Shown here piece by piece: positions 53,522-64,000 of a stretch of DNA of 64,000 bases (position 1 is its first letter; every line of letters begins with the position of its first letter). Position numbers and translations under genes: made by a program. Origin of the DNA: an uncultured cyanobacterium (lineage in GTDB: Bacteria; Cyanobacteriota; Cyanobacteriia; Leptolyngbyales; Leptolyngbyaceae); contig CAVYAN010000010.1 of the NCBI GenBank assembly GCA_963766075.1, forward strand, positions 45,611 through 109,610. Reading direction: 5' to 3'. The notes under the pieces are model-generated. The model ran no database searches, was not told where the DNA came from, and saw only the letters and a list, made by a program, of their open reading frames with translations.

Positions 53522-54838
53522 TCAATCAGGAGCTTGGGCATACCCGATCGCAGATGACTCCATCGTTTCTGGTTTAGCATCGGTCAAAAACGTCCCGAAT
53601 TGCCACTTTTCTCGATAGGCCATGCCCATGACAATCATCCCCGGCCAATGCAGAAAAATCAAAAAATCCACATTCTCACTGGAAGCATAAATCAGCAGGG
53701 AGGTGACAATAGCCAAGGCCGACTGGGCGATCGCACTGCTCTGGGACTTCACAAAAAACTCCCATACACTCCAAATCATCGGCACAACAAAACCCACCAA
53801 GCCGACAATGCCATAGGCAAACAGAATACCGCCCCAGGTATTGTGCGATCCCAGCAGCTTATAGTTCATAATCAGCGGCCCGATGAGAAATCGCCCATGT
53901 CCCCATACCAAAGCTTCGGTTCGCCAGCGATATATCGTGATATTGAAATAAAGGCGACGAGCGGCTGAAGAGGCTGCCCGCTGCTGATCAATCGATCGCC
54001 CCAAACCGCGAAAATAATCGTAAATCTGAGGGCCCAAAATACCGGTCACAAAAGCCCCAATGCCCGTGCCAATTTGCACCATGGGTCGGCCAATTCGACT
54101 CAGCAAGAACGTTCCCGCGGGCACCGCCACCAAACAAATCATGCCGGTCCGCGATCCCGATGTCCACACCATGGCCACCGCACCCGCCACGCCCAACACC
54201 CGCCATACCTTGTGCGGTTCTAGATAGGCCACACAGGCAAAGACAATGCCCAATAGTCCTAAAGCCGGTGCCCAGGGAGCAAACAGCGATAAACGGGTTT
54301 CATTCAAGAAAGTATCGGTGTTGGACAGAAAAACGCGGCTGACTCCGCCGATTTTTCCAAAGAGGGGAACATAGTCTGGTAGGGGAATATTGGCCAAATT
54401 GGAGATTTTGCAGTACACAATCACGGCAGCACTCTGGAGCGACAGAATACAGACTCCCCGTGTCAATAATCCGAGGCGAATATTCAAACAACTGCCAATC
54501 AGCGGAAACAGGACGAATAATGACCAGCCCTTGATAAAAGAGGTAAAAGTGGCCTTGACGATTTCATCAAGACCATAGTCGAAATCCAGATGTCCCTTGA
54601 TTAAAGCCGTCTGCAGTACCGCCATGCCCACTACCCAGAGCCACACACCAATCGGCACCTGCACCCGCTCCGATGCCGGCGTGCTGTCCGTTTGCATCCA
54701 CGCCTTAATCAACACATAACAGCCCAACCCCCAACCCAAAATCGTTGTAAAAATTGGATGCAGCCCCAGAAAAAACAGGGGATACGTCCAGATTAAGTAG
54801 TGCCAGACGGCTTTTTCTTCAAAATTTTGCGGTTGCAT
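53522..54838 (-). CDS. Wzy/O-antigen ligase-like polymerase
   Basis: PQNFEEK..W, LFAPWAPALG, SGSR, GSHNTW; multiple TM helices. Confidence 0.8.
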   Translation of the reverse strand: MQPQNFEEKAVWHYLIWTYPLFFLGLHPIFTTILGWGLGCYVLIKAWMQTDSTPASERVQVPIGVWLWVVGMAVLQTALIKGHLDFDYGLDEIVKATFTSFIKGWSLFVLFPLIGSCLNIRLGLLTRGVCILSLQSAAVIVYCKISNLANIPLPDYVPLFGKIGGVSRVFLSNTDTFLNETRLSLFAPWAPALGLLGIVFACVAYLEPHKVWRVLGVAGAVAMVWTSGSRTGMICLVAVPAGTFLLSRIGRPMVQIGTGIGAFVTGILGPQIYDYFRGLGRSIDQQRAASSAARRLYFNITIYRWRTEALVWGHGRFLIGPLIMNYKLLGSHNTWGGILFAYGIVGLVGFVVPMIWSVWEFFVKSQSSAIAQSALAIVTSLLIYASSENVDFLIFLHWPGMIVMGMAYREKWQFGTFLTDAKPETMESSAIGYAQAPD

Positions 54839-54916
54839 CGGGGCAGCATCGATTTTAGGGTTTGCATAGCGCTACGTGCCGCTGTACTAAGGAATTTTGG
54901 ATTCTGCCTCCTTGCT

Positions 54917-56330
54917 CTACAGGGAAATTGCTCGCTGGGTCAGCCACTTTTGCACGACAGGGGTTTTCCGCAACCACAGTGAAGCAATGCCCAGGCTGAC
55001 CAGCATCGAAGCGATCGCTGCCCCCGCCACCAGCATCGTCTTTTGGGGCACCGTCGCCTCCGACGACAAACTGGGTTCTGCCACAATCTGCACCGGCGGA
55101 TACACCCCAAAAACATCGCCCTTACTGGCATCCAGTCCAGCCAGAGTGGAGGAAAAAACCGCCTCAGCAATTTGCATCTCGCGATTCAGCGCCTCCAATA
55201 CTGACCCCCGCTGCGCCAAAACACTCAGGCGCTGTTCCAAATTCAACACCTGCCGATTCAGCTCTTGGGTGCGGGCCGTTAAGCCTTGCTGCTCCGCCGT
55301 GGTCGTTACAACACTTTGAAACAGTGTCTCCCGAGCCGTTGGCCCCTGATTGCCACCGCCCACATTCAGGCGAGCCAACTCCGTAGAGTCCGTCGATCGC
55401 CCCAATAGAGCCTGAGCACGAGCCTGCAACGCCGCTTGCATCATTGCCTGGGTGGACTGTTCCTGCACCACCACAGGATGATTCGGACCAAACTTGGACA
55501 GAGCATCGGTTAGGCGGGCCGCCGCATCGCTGTAGTCTTGGACATACTTTTGAAAGAGCGGATCAGACCGCAGCACAAACGCCTCCGAGGCCGATGTTGG
55601 AGTAGTATTCAGGCTCCTGGAAAGTTGCTGCGATCGCTCCGTGGAATCTCTGCTGCTGCGCCGCCGTTTCTGCCCGCAGTCGGCGCAGGGCTTCAATATT
55701 ACTGGCCAGTTCATCCACTTGATTCTTCGAGGACAACCCCGAAGCCACCTTGTAATCCGACAGTCGCCGCTGCGCCATTTCCAACTTCCGCCGCGCCACA
55801 CTCAGGGAATTTTCAAACCCCATTTCCTGCTCCGTTGCCTGTTGCACCCGCAATTGCCCCAACCGTTCCTGTAGAGCTTCGTGGAGGGCATAGGCTTTTT
55901 TCTGGGCTTCCTCGGGTGTCGTTCCTGTGAGAGTTAGGTTCATCATCGGCGTTCCTTCCACCACCTCTACCCGCGGACTGCCAAACTGGCCCCGGGTCAT
56001 ACCCAACTTGTCCGCCGCTGCCTTGCGCACGGCATCCGTCGTTGCAATTAGCTTATAGCTTGCTTTCACATCGTTATCGCGGTTAAACGGCGACTCCGCC
56101 TGGGCCGAAGCCGAGCCAATTTGGGGCAAACTAACGTTGGCTTTTGTTCCTCTTCCTAGAAAAATAATCGACCATTGACTCGAATAGGTGCGAGGCAGTT
56201 CTTTCATCAAGAGAAAGGCCGTTCCCCACAGTGCCGTGTTGGCCGCAACACCGATCGCTAAATAACGCCAGCCCCGCCCCTGCTTAGCCGCAGTAGACCG
56301 TGATGATGAAGTCGGGGAGTACTCATTCAT
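54917..56330 (-). CDS. GumC/Wzc-like polysaccharide co-polymerase, frameshifted near 55650
   Basis: N-terminal TM, coiled coil, FGPNHP, YPPVQIVAEPSL, C-terminal TM; split across ORFs 55563-56330 and 54917-55801. Confidence 0.75.
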
Positions 56331-57403
56331 TGGGTAAAAATCCTTTGAATCAAGAAGAATGGGCTGAGAATGTCACTCAGCAACCGCACTACGCCCGTCG
56401 TGTTCGTCACGTTTGAATCGTAACAAACAATGCTGTCCTGGGGCATGAGGAAAGGATTATCAGCATCACTCGTAGACTGCCGTATCAAACTTTCGACGGA
56501 GCGATCCACCACGCGTGTGGCCCCCGTCGTGCGATCGGTCTGGACCAGGGTCGAGCGGCGTTTGGCATTGGTCGCTTTTGCCCCCCCGACACACCCCGCC
56601 GCTACCACCGCCTGGGAAAACCGGGTACCGTATTCCATGGGTACAATTTGACCCCCTCGCGTGGTGGGCTGAGTCAAATTCGAGATCAGCACCTGAATCG
56701 TCCGGGGGGTTACTTGGGAAGGCCGCACTAAGGCTATTTCTGGGCTGGCCAATTTCGGCACAATGACCTGGTCCCCTGCGACGAGGGGCACATCCGGGAC
56801 AGGCTGCCCCGTCACAATTCCCGAAAGATCAAGCACCCTTTCTTGTTTGCCTCGAATCAGCCGAATATTGCGAATATCGGCTGAGGGTTTTAGGCCCCCG
56901 GCCTGCCGTAGGGCGACACTCAAATAGCGTTCGGGCGGATTTTCTCCGGACTGGGTAATCGGGGCAGCCCGGGGACGGGGAAAAGGGTTGTCGCCACTGT
57001 CGGGAAGAACATTAATCAGGACCTGTCCGGGAAGGAAGGTTTCTCCCGCCACCGTCACCTGAACAGGTGCCCACTGAGCCACGCGAACACTCAACTGCAA
57101 GGACTCAGCCCGGAAAAATCCCCGCTGCACCAGTAATTCGGCTAGACGCTTTTCAACTTGGGCAGCCTCCAGACCAGCGGCGGGCTGGGGGGCAAGAAAC
57201 GGAATCTGTAGCGTGCCGTCTAGGTTAATCTCGTACAGGCCACTCAACCGAAACGTGCTTTGGGCAGGAAGCTGATCGTCTAAAGGAGTTTGAATCCGCA
57301 GGCGATCGCCCACAGACAGCGGCAGTGCCCCCACAGGTAGGATACCGCCCACAGCGATCGCGATCGTCATCAGGATAAACAGGCTAGGCTTTTTCAGGCA
57401 CAT
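56327..57403 (-). CDS. Wza-like polysaccharide export protein (SLBB domains)
   Basis: LSVGDRL, DGTLQIPF, ALRQAGG, LVAGDQVIVP. Confidence 0.85.
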   Translation of the reverse strand: MCLKKPSLFILMTIAIAVGGILPVGALPLSVGDRLRIQTPLDDQLPAQSTFRLSGLYEINLDGTLQIPFLAPQPAAGLEAAQVEKRLAELLVQRGFFRAESLQLSVRVAQWAPVQVTVAGETFLPGQVLINVLPDSGDNPFPRPRAAPITQSGENPPERYLSVALRQAGGLKPSADIRNIRLIRGKQERVLDLSGIVTGQPVPDVPLVAGDQVIVPKLASPEIALVRPSQVTPRTIQVLISNLTQPTTRGGQIVPMEYGTRFSQAVVAAGCVGGAKATNAKRRSTLVQTDRTTGATRVVDRSVESLIRQSTSDADNPFLMPQDSIVCYDSNVTNTTGVVRLLSDILSPFFLIQRIFTQ

Positions 57404-57698
57404 GACACAATTTCAATATCCTTGAACTTGACAGACAGCCTAAAGGCCACAATTCACTCCAGCCGTTATTTCTTGGGCCGAGTTCTGCCTTTCAGCGTGA
57501 TGCCCGTTCGGTCTTGCTCTACGCAGAACAGCCATCGAGATCACCCCGTGCAATAACGCCCCTGAATCAAGAAGGCCATCCCTAGGGCCAACCCAAAACA
57601 CAACGTCCATGGAATCTCCTATTAAACCGTTTAAACCGTAAAGCCGTAGACCACCATCCCCTGATTTTGCCTAGCATAACCCATGACCAAGACATCCG

Positions 57699-59360
57699 TT
57701 ATCCCACCAGTTCTACCGCCCGCCGCCCCAGCAAAGGATGACCCTCAAAATGGTCGGGCAGGGGTGCTCCCATCAGGTCCAGCAACGTCGGGGCCAAATC
57801 CAGCGCATGCCCCCCAGACAAAGTACTGTTCGGCGCAATCCCCGGCCCCTCGGCCATCAAAAACCCCCGCGACCGATGACTTCCTGTCCGCAGATAGGGA
57901 ACCGGGCCAATCCGACCTAATCCGGGACTGTCCATCACATCTGTAGCATGGTCTTCCTGCCAAAGCACAATCAAATCAGCATCCGGTAAATGGGGATTGC
58001 GATCAAGCGGATCCGGGCGAGTGCGGACCACGTCCCGCACCATTGGCTGTCCGGTCCTACCATCGGTCAATTCGCGCAACACCGCCACCAATTGATCGCA
58101 GACCTCGCCATAGTCAGCCGGGGCAACAATTCCCTGCGGCTCCCGTCCCACCAGGTTGATGCGAATGTAACCCTCAGAATAACTGGGCAATGCAAAGGCC
58201 TTCATCCTAGGCCATAGGGACTGATACCATACCGCAGGTTGGAAATACAGATCATGCCCTTGCTGAGCCAACGCATGGGGAGCTATTAATGCTGGCTCCG
58301 CCGACGGCCCCATCAGGGATTCCAGCGTTTCAAACAGTCGGGTCGGCATTTCCCGACGCAGCCAAGCCCGCAGCGGATTCGGATCATAGCGCTGGCTCCA
58401 GGTTTCTCCCAGCCAGCCCCGGCGCTTATAGTGTGTTTTCGGGGGCGGTAGTGGGGCCGTGGGCGACGAGTGGGCAATGCCAAATTTTCCGGGGAAATTA
58501 AAGCGATACATTAATTCCGGCAAAAAGAACATGCTGGGCAAGTCCATCACATTGGAGCCCATACCATGGGCCGCAAAGACCACAACATGCGCATCCGCAG
58601 GGGCTTTAACGATAATCTGGGCGATCGCCGCATCCACGGCCTGAAAGGTCTCCAGCAACAAATCGGGTGCCTTTGCCCCCAACGCCCCATACAAAGGATG
58701 CTCCGGCTGGCTCAAATGCCAGAAGAAATGACCCGCAGAATGAGTTTCCCCAAACACCGTCAAAAACAAATCCCAGCGCTCCTGCTGTAGCCACTCTTCA
58801 CAAATTGCCGCCCGTCGCTGAATCCCAGTGACCAAGTGGTCCTTCAGAACGCGCAGCGCCTCTAGATTGCGCGTATCCGCATGGTCCCGATTGAACACGG
58901 GGTGATCTCCATGGCGCGCCAAAACCTCTTGAAACAGAGCATCAGGCAAAGAATGGCGCGGAGTGAGTGCAGAATGCGCCCCCCAAGCCAGCATCTGGGG
59001 GCCATTGGCCTCGGCAGACAGAGCCGACTGGGGCATGTCAAACACAGCGACCCGGTAATCCTTTCCCAGAGCATAAAAGGGCAAATAATCAGAAAAGTCG
59101 TAGGCCCCGCGATCGCAAACAGTGTAGGTATCTGGATGAAATTGCACCGGAGACCAATAGCCCGTGGTTCGCGGGGAACACCCGGTCAGAAACGTGGTCC
59201 ATGGAGTTTCAGCACGATACTGCCGGAAAGTCTCCAATCGCGTATAAACCCCTTGCTGCCGCAGCCGTCCCAGCGTTTTTAGGTGTCCCTGGGCAATCCA
59301 GGTTTCAATCAGCGAAGGGTCTGCCGCATCTAAGCCGATCGCAATCACAGAATTCCGCAT
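57699..59360 (-). CDS. Alkaline phosphatase superfamily / nucleotide pyrophosphatase-like protein
   Basis: IGLDAA, WTTFLTG, ETHSAGH, RINLVGREPQG, GSHR, LDLAPTLL. Confidence 0.8.
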   Translation of the reverse strand: MRNSVIAIGLDAADPSLIETWIAQGHLKTLGRLRQQGVYTRLETFRQYRAETPWTTFLTGCSPRTTGYWSPVQFHPDTYTVCDRGAYDFSDYLPFYALGKDYRVAVFDMPQSALSAEANGPQMLAWGAHSALTPRHSLPDALFQEVLARHGDHPVFNRDHADTRNLEALRVLKDHLVTGIQRRAAICEEWLQQERWDLFLTVFGETHSAGHFFWHLSQPEHPLYGALGAKAPDLLLETFQAVDAAIAQIIVKAPADAHVVVFAAHGMGSNVMDLPSMFFLPELMYRFNFPGKFGIAHSSPTAPLPPPKTHYKRRGWLGETWSQRYDPNPLRAWLRREMPTRLFETLESLMGPSAEPALIAPHALAQQGHDLYFQPAVWYQSLWPRMKAFALPSYSEGYIRINLVGREPQGIVAPADYGEVCDQLVAVLRELTDGRTGQPMVRDVVRTRPDPLDRNPHLPDADLIVLWQEDHATDVMDSPGLGRIGPVPYLRTGSHRSRGFLMAEGPGIAPNSTLSGGHALDLAPTLLDLMGAPLPDHFEGHPLLGRRAVELVG

Positions 59361-59906
59361 ACATGACCTACGCCGTAGAAGGGTTGAAGGAACAAGTCGG
59401 CTTTTACTGAATCACATTATCCATGACTAAGCCCAAGAAAGCAGCCTACCAAAACTGTCTCAACCCAGAGTTTCCGAAAAGTCAGACGGTTTTCAGACAA
59501 AACCCACTTTTGACTAATGCATGTGGCCTTGAACCGTTGAAGTCCGGCCAAAGCGGCTTACGACAAGACGTGAGCCACTGCGAATCTGCCTAAAATCACC
59601 TTAGCAAAAGCTTCACAGTATAAACACGTTAGTCTGGTTTCATGAGGCCAATGTAAAGTTCCTCCAAAAATCCCACCGTTTTCTATAAAGTTAAGATGAA
59701 GCTTACGGATTTGCGCGGATTTGCCCAGTTTTCAGTGGAAAAAGCAGGAAAAAAGGGAAGCATGCCGCGAAAAATCACGGCACTCGAGGATCCGCAATTC
59801 GAGAGTCAGGACTATTCCGATAATTCCCGCCCTACGTAGAACTCCAGCCCCCACTTTAGACAGGAGCTAGAGTTTCAGAAAGGTCAGCTTGACCCTACCT
59901 ATACGG

Positions 59907-60632
59907 TCAGGATTCCGATGGGGTCTTGTCTTCTGTCGCAGTAGGTGAAGACGCCGCGGCCTTTGCTTTTTCTCGGTCATCCCGCTTTTTGCGATCGGCT
60001 TTGAGCGTGTCCTCCATGACAAGGCGGACTTGGTTCATCTTCTCCAGATTGCTGCGGTAGAGTTCCAAATCCTTCTGAACTTTCTCTTCTGATAGGTTCA
60101 GCGCAGTGCAGATTTGTTGAATAGCCGCCGTGCGAGCCGCCTCTTCCTTTACCAGTTCCGCATCAGCCGTTTCTAACAACGTGAATAACCCGATGACAAA
60201 CAAACGGCTGTACTTGAATTTCGGATTCTGGGCGATCGCTGCAATCTGGGCCTGGATATCGCCCGCATCCGGCACACTATAACTCTGGCTCAGCCATTGC
60301 TCCAGATCCTTCACGGTCAATTGCCCCGCCACCGCCGTCAGACGATCAGCATCCTGCCGATAGCGCTGCGCATCATCCTCCAGAGCCTGACAAATCGCAT
60401 TGAAAATAGGAGTAATATCGGCCTCCGGACGATAGCCCAGCATGAAGCGATAAAAGGACGTAAATACCCCCAGCCCAAAAATCGGATCGTATCGAAAATC
60501 AGTATTCACCCTCAATAGGTGCATTTCCACCATCAACTCCTCCACCACCCGGCGGTAAATAGAATTGATGGGGCGAGTGTGGAGGGTGTAGAAGCTACGC
60601 TTCGTATCAGAAACCGTACGGACGTTGTTCAC
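59907..60632 (-). CDS. psb29: Photosystem II biogenesis protein Psb29/THF1
   Basis: RTVSDTKR.F..HTRPINSIYRRVVEELMVEMHLL, FKYSRLF, KDLELYRSNLEK. Confidence 0.95.
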   Translation of the reverse strand: MNNVRTVSDTKRSFYTLHTRPINSIYRRVVEELMVEMHLLRVNTDFRYDPIFGLGVFTSFYRFMLGYRPEADITPIFNAICQALEDDAQRYRQDADRLTAVAGQLTVKDLEQWLSQSYSVPDAGDIQAQIAAIAQNPKFKYSRLFVIGLFTLLETADAELVKEEAARTAAIQQICTALNLSEEKVQKDLELYRSNLEKMNQVRLVMEDTLKADRKKRDDREKAKAAASSPTATEDKTPSES

Positions 60633-61005
60633 AACAAAACTCTACTGGAGCGAGATACCTGTTCCATTCTCGCGCTAGGCGAGCAGTTTGCCAAGGTTCG
60701 GTTAACCCCTCTTTCCGAGGTATCCGATTGAAGCATTCCCTGGAAAATGCGCAAAGCCCGGAATTTTCCCGATTTTAAGTGTGCCATTTTCTGAAACCTC
60801 TCTATAATTCTTTAGGTAGCCAGTCATCTGCAGAATGGCGAGTTTATTAATGCTCGATTTCATCTGATGCATTCCTGCAGCAATGGCTATTGGCACCATT
60901 TTGACAAAGCTCTTGATGTGTCCTTGTTTTAGGTCAATATCAGGACGAATCAAGGACTCGTAGTCTAAGGGGTTGAGGATTTGAAAGACCTCAGGGGTAA
61001 TCAAA

Positions 61006-61641
61006 ATGAGTGACACGACAGCGTTTTTAGGTGGGGCGGCAGTGGCTGGACTAGCGGCCCTCGTGCTTTTGCGAGGCGGTGTCAATCCAGGGACACCTAC
61101 GGTGGCCACAGTTCCCCAGCCATTGCCCACAGTTCCATTACCTTCGCCGCTGCTGTCGCCGCCAGTGACCACCACCCCAGCGGCCAGTAGCGATCAGCAA
61201 AACGATGTCCAAAAATTTGCGATTGATCAACTCACCAAGGCCGTAGAGCAGCAACGCACCGAAACCGAAAAGCTCCGAGAGCAGGTCCAACGCCAGCAGT
61301 CTGTAATCGATGCCCTAGCCACTCAGGCACGGCTGACCTCTTCTAATTTCCAGCCTCGCACTGTACCACCCAGTGCTCAATCGTTGCCAGATCAGTCTAA
61401 CTCGATGCTCAATAGCATGATGTGGGCCTTGGGTGGCGTAGCCCTCAGTTTAGGCGGTGGTATTGTCCTTGTAGGCATGTTTGTCACCCTATCCAAACAG
61501 CAGGGGCGAGCAGCGCGATCGGTGGAAATTGTCCAGCCCTTAGAAGACTATACCTACTTAGCCCCAGAGCGTCGCTACATCCAAACACTCCCGCCTCGGC
61601 GCGTTATGAGCAAGCGGGCTAAGCCAATGGGAGACGTCTAG
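61006..61641 (+). CDS. Conserved cyanobacterial membrane/coiled-coil hypothetical protein
   Basis: FLGGAAVAGLAAL N-terminus, coiled coil, second TM WALGG...GGG. Confidence 0.6.
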   Translation: MSDTTAFLGGAAVAGLAALVLLRGGVNPGTPTVATVPQPLPTVPLPSPLLSPPVTTTPAASSDQQNDVQKFAIDQLTKAVEQQRTETEKLREQVQRQQSVIDALATQARLTSSNFQPRTVPPSAQSLPDQSNSMLNSMMWALGGVALSLGGGIVLVGMFVTLSKQQGRAARSVEIVQPLEDYTYLAPERRYIQTLPPRRVMSKRAKPMGDV

Positions 61642-61678
61642 GGTACTATCTGAATACTGTCTCGCTGAGGTTTGGGGT

Positions 61679-62593
61679 TTGGCTCAAAATTGGAGGCTAC
61701 GGCGGCAGCTAACGCCCTACTTTTTTCTGCTCCCAGCGCTCCTGATGCTGGGATTAACGGTGTTTTATCCAGCATTGCAGGCGTTTTACCTCAGTTTTAC
61801 CCGCTATGACGATTTAACATTGCCACCCGTATGGATTGGGCTGAAGAATTTTCAGCGACTCTCGGGCGATCGCACCTTTTGGCAAACCCTCCGCAATACG
61901 CTTCTCTACTTAATTGGCGTTGTCCCCCTCTTAGTCACCCTACCCCTAGGGCTAGCCATTTTAGTCAATCAAAAGCTGCGCGGCATGCGCTGGTTTCGGG
62001 TGGCCTACTATATCCCCGTCGTTATTTCCATGGTTGTTGCTGGCATCGCCTGGAAATGGATTTATCAAGGCAATGGCTTGCTCAATCAATTGCTGAAGTT
62101 AGGCGGAATTTCCCCGCTCCTCGGCTTAGGTCCGGGCGGCATCGACTGGCTGACAAGTCCCACCTTAGCCATCTTTAGTGTCATGGTGGTAACCGTCTGG
62201 AAAGGGCTAGGCTACTACATGGTAATTTATCTCGCGGGCTTACAGGCTATTCCAGCCGATTTGTACGAGGCGGCGGCGATCGATGGCTCCGATGGCAGCC
62301 AAAGGCATCGGGATATTACCATCCCCTTGATGCGACCTTATATTTTGCTAGTTACTGTAATTTCGGCCATTTCCGCCACCAAGGTGTTTGAAGAAGTCTA
62401 CGTGATGACAAAAGGAGGGCCTCTTAATAGTTCAGCGACGATTGTTTATTACCTGTACGACCAGGCGTTTCAAAAGTTAGAAATCAGCTACGCCTGTACC
62501 ATTGGCCTAGTCATGTTTCTCATTATTTTAGGATTGTCGGTATTACGCCTCAGCGTCGAGAAGTTAACCACAGACACGGAAGCAAAACCGTAA
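61679..62593 (+). CDS. Carbohydrate ABC transporter permease
   Basis: PYFFLLPAL, WKGLGYYMVIYLAGLQ.IP.DLYEAAAIDG, TKGGP. Confidence 0.9.
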   Translation: MAQNWRLRRQLTPYFFLLPALLMLGLTVFYPALQAFYLSFTRYDDLTLPPVWIGLKNFQRLSGDRTFWQTLRNTLLYLIGVVPLLVTLPLGLAILVNQKLRGMRWFRVAYYIPVVISMVVAGIAWKWIYQGNGLLNQLLKLGGISPLLGLGPGGIDWLTSPTLAIFSVMVVTVWKGLGYYMVIYLAGLQAIPADLYEAAAIDGSDGSQRHRDITIPLMRPYILLVTVISAISATKVFEEVYVMTKGGPLNSSATIVYYLYDQAFQKLEISYACTIGLVMFLIILGLSVLRLSVEKLTTDTEAKP

Positions 62594-62730
62594 TTTTTCC
62601 GGGGCGATCGCGATTAAATGACGCATCCCCGACTCAAAAGTTACACGTCATTCTCAATAAGCCTCATCTACTTGCAAATAGCAGGCAAGTTCGCTATCCT
62701 GACAAAGATGCCCTCCATTGACCGTGTCCC

Positions 62731-63189
62731 ATGGCGAATTCCTACACCGCTTCATCGCTAAAGGCTGAGCTCAACGAAAAAGGCTGGCGGCTCACGCCGC
62801 AGCGGGAAATTATTCTAAAAATCTTTCAAGATCTACCCGAGGGAGAGCATTTAAGCGCTGAAGCACTGCACGCGGTTCTCCATGAGGCAGGTCACAATAT
62901 CAGCGTCTCTACCGTGTATCGAACGGTCAAGCTGATGGCACGCATGGGCATCCTGCGAGAGCTAGAACTTGGCGAATCCCATAAATATTATGAGATCAAT
63001 CAACCCGCTCCCCATCACCATCACCATCTTATTTGTGTGCGCTGCGGCAAGACCATCGAGTTTCGCAATGATTCCATCTTAAAAACAGGGGCCAAGGTGG
63101 CGGACAATGAAGGATTTCAATTATTAGATTGTCAATTGGTTGTCCATGCCGTCTGTCCTCCCTGTCAGCGATCGCTAATGCCTGTATAA
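62731..63189 (+). CDS. furA: Ferric uptake regulator
   Basis: SLKAELNEKGWRLTPQR, HHHHHLICVRCG, CPPC. Confidence 0.93.
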   Translation: MANSYTASSLKAELNEKGWRLTPQREIILKIFQDLPEGEHLSAEALHAVLHEAGHNISVSTVYRTVKLMARMGILRELELGESHKYYEINQPAPHHHHHLICVRCGKTIEFRNDSILKTGAKVADNEGFQLLDCQLVVHAVCPPCQRSLMPV

Positions 63190-63232
63190 CCCCATATCAT
63201 TTTCTAGCTATCGCTACTATTCCATAAAAACT

Positions 63233-63290
63233 GCCACAACAAAAACTAGCACCCTTCCACCATTGTGAGAGCGCTAGTTTTTATTGTGGC
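63233..63290. terminator. Bidirectional hairpin between convergent furA and rnj
   Basis: 18-bp arms gccacaacaaaaactagc and gctagtttttattgtggc (1 mismatch). Confidence 0.7.
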
Positions 63291-63363
63291 AATCAAAACT
63301 CAGTTAAGATTTCAGCCCCGCCCACCCTCGCCCAAAGCAGGGAGTGGAGCCAGCGCCACAGCC

Positions 63364-64000
63364 TTAGGACGCCATTGCGCTCACCCGCCGTTTTCTGCGC
63401 CCCGTTGTACTGGGCTCCTCCGGAGTTGGTTCAGGAGTCGACTTCGGAGCGGCCGATTTCGTGACCGGAGCCTTTGCCGCCTCAGAACTGGCAGAACTGA
63501 TAACGGGAGCTTCTTGCTCCGGTGTTTGCATCAAGAACACGAGCAGAGGGTTACTTTGGACCTCCTTGCGTAGCATCCGTTGCAAATCCCGTTCAATTTG
63601 GTACTGCAAACCTGCCCAATCGACATGAATCTCGCCACTATCCCCCAAGGGGCGGGCAAAATCGACCCAGCGATGCGCAGCAACCCCTCAATCGTATCCC
63701 GTACCTTTGCCTGGAGTTGCCCCCGATCAATCGTCGTCACAACCCCCCGCAAATGCACCTCAGGCTTAGTCATCAGCTTGCCAGCACTATCAACAGCCGT
63801 GGCGATCGTCATGACGCCATCTCCAGCCAACTGCCGCCGCTCCTTCAGGACTTTGTCATTGACAATACCCGAACGCGAGGTATCAACCAGTTCGATACCA
63901 GAAGGAACCTTACCATTGGTACGCAGAAAATCTTCGCCCAATTCCACCACATCCCCATTGTCAATGATGATCATATTTTCGGCAGGCACACCCACAGCTT
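63364..64000 (-). CDS. rnj: Ribonuclease J, C-terminal part (window edge), frameshifted near 63675
   Basis: IIDNGDVVEL..GKVPSGIELVD...VLKERRQLAGDG; continues in ORF 63364-63648. Confidence 0.85.

Noticed and set aside
1..64000. tRNA, rRNA or riboswitch genes
   Set aside because: None recognised by eye; tRNAscan-SE and Rfam scans would be needed to exclude them

Overview
Cyanobacterial chromosomal DNA, judged from dense HIP1 octamers (GCGATCGC) and psb29, furA and petC. From left to right: (1) the end of a DevBCA-type exporter cluster whose last ORF fuses an MFS permease, a DevA-type ATPase, four 54-aa repeats and a PatA-like receiver domain; (2) an ISAs1 element, then a ~12 kb sulfur/redox cluster (SQR, ArsR, two rhodaneses, two DUF2892 proteins, RND pump, extra Rieske, DsbA-like protein); (3) a GntR-linked ABC importer with a porin gene inside the operon; (4) an IS graveyard containing a plasmid/ICE replication-gene remnant and iteron-like arrays; (5) a PPIase-HlyB-HlyD type I secretion operon; (6) a defence/TA hotspot between the convergent hlyD and purH genes, bracketed by duplicated 3' ends of both genes. 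It holds an integrase-less integron-like unit (41-bp palindromic array, attI-like site, and one MTase+HNH cassette with attC) plus MNT-HEPN and Fic modules bounded by HIP1-ending repeats; (7) housekeeping and exopolysaccharide genes. At least six conserved genes carry small frameshifts, which suggests assembly indel errors. All family assignments come from motif recognition, not from database searches.
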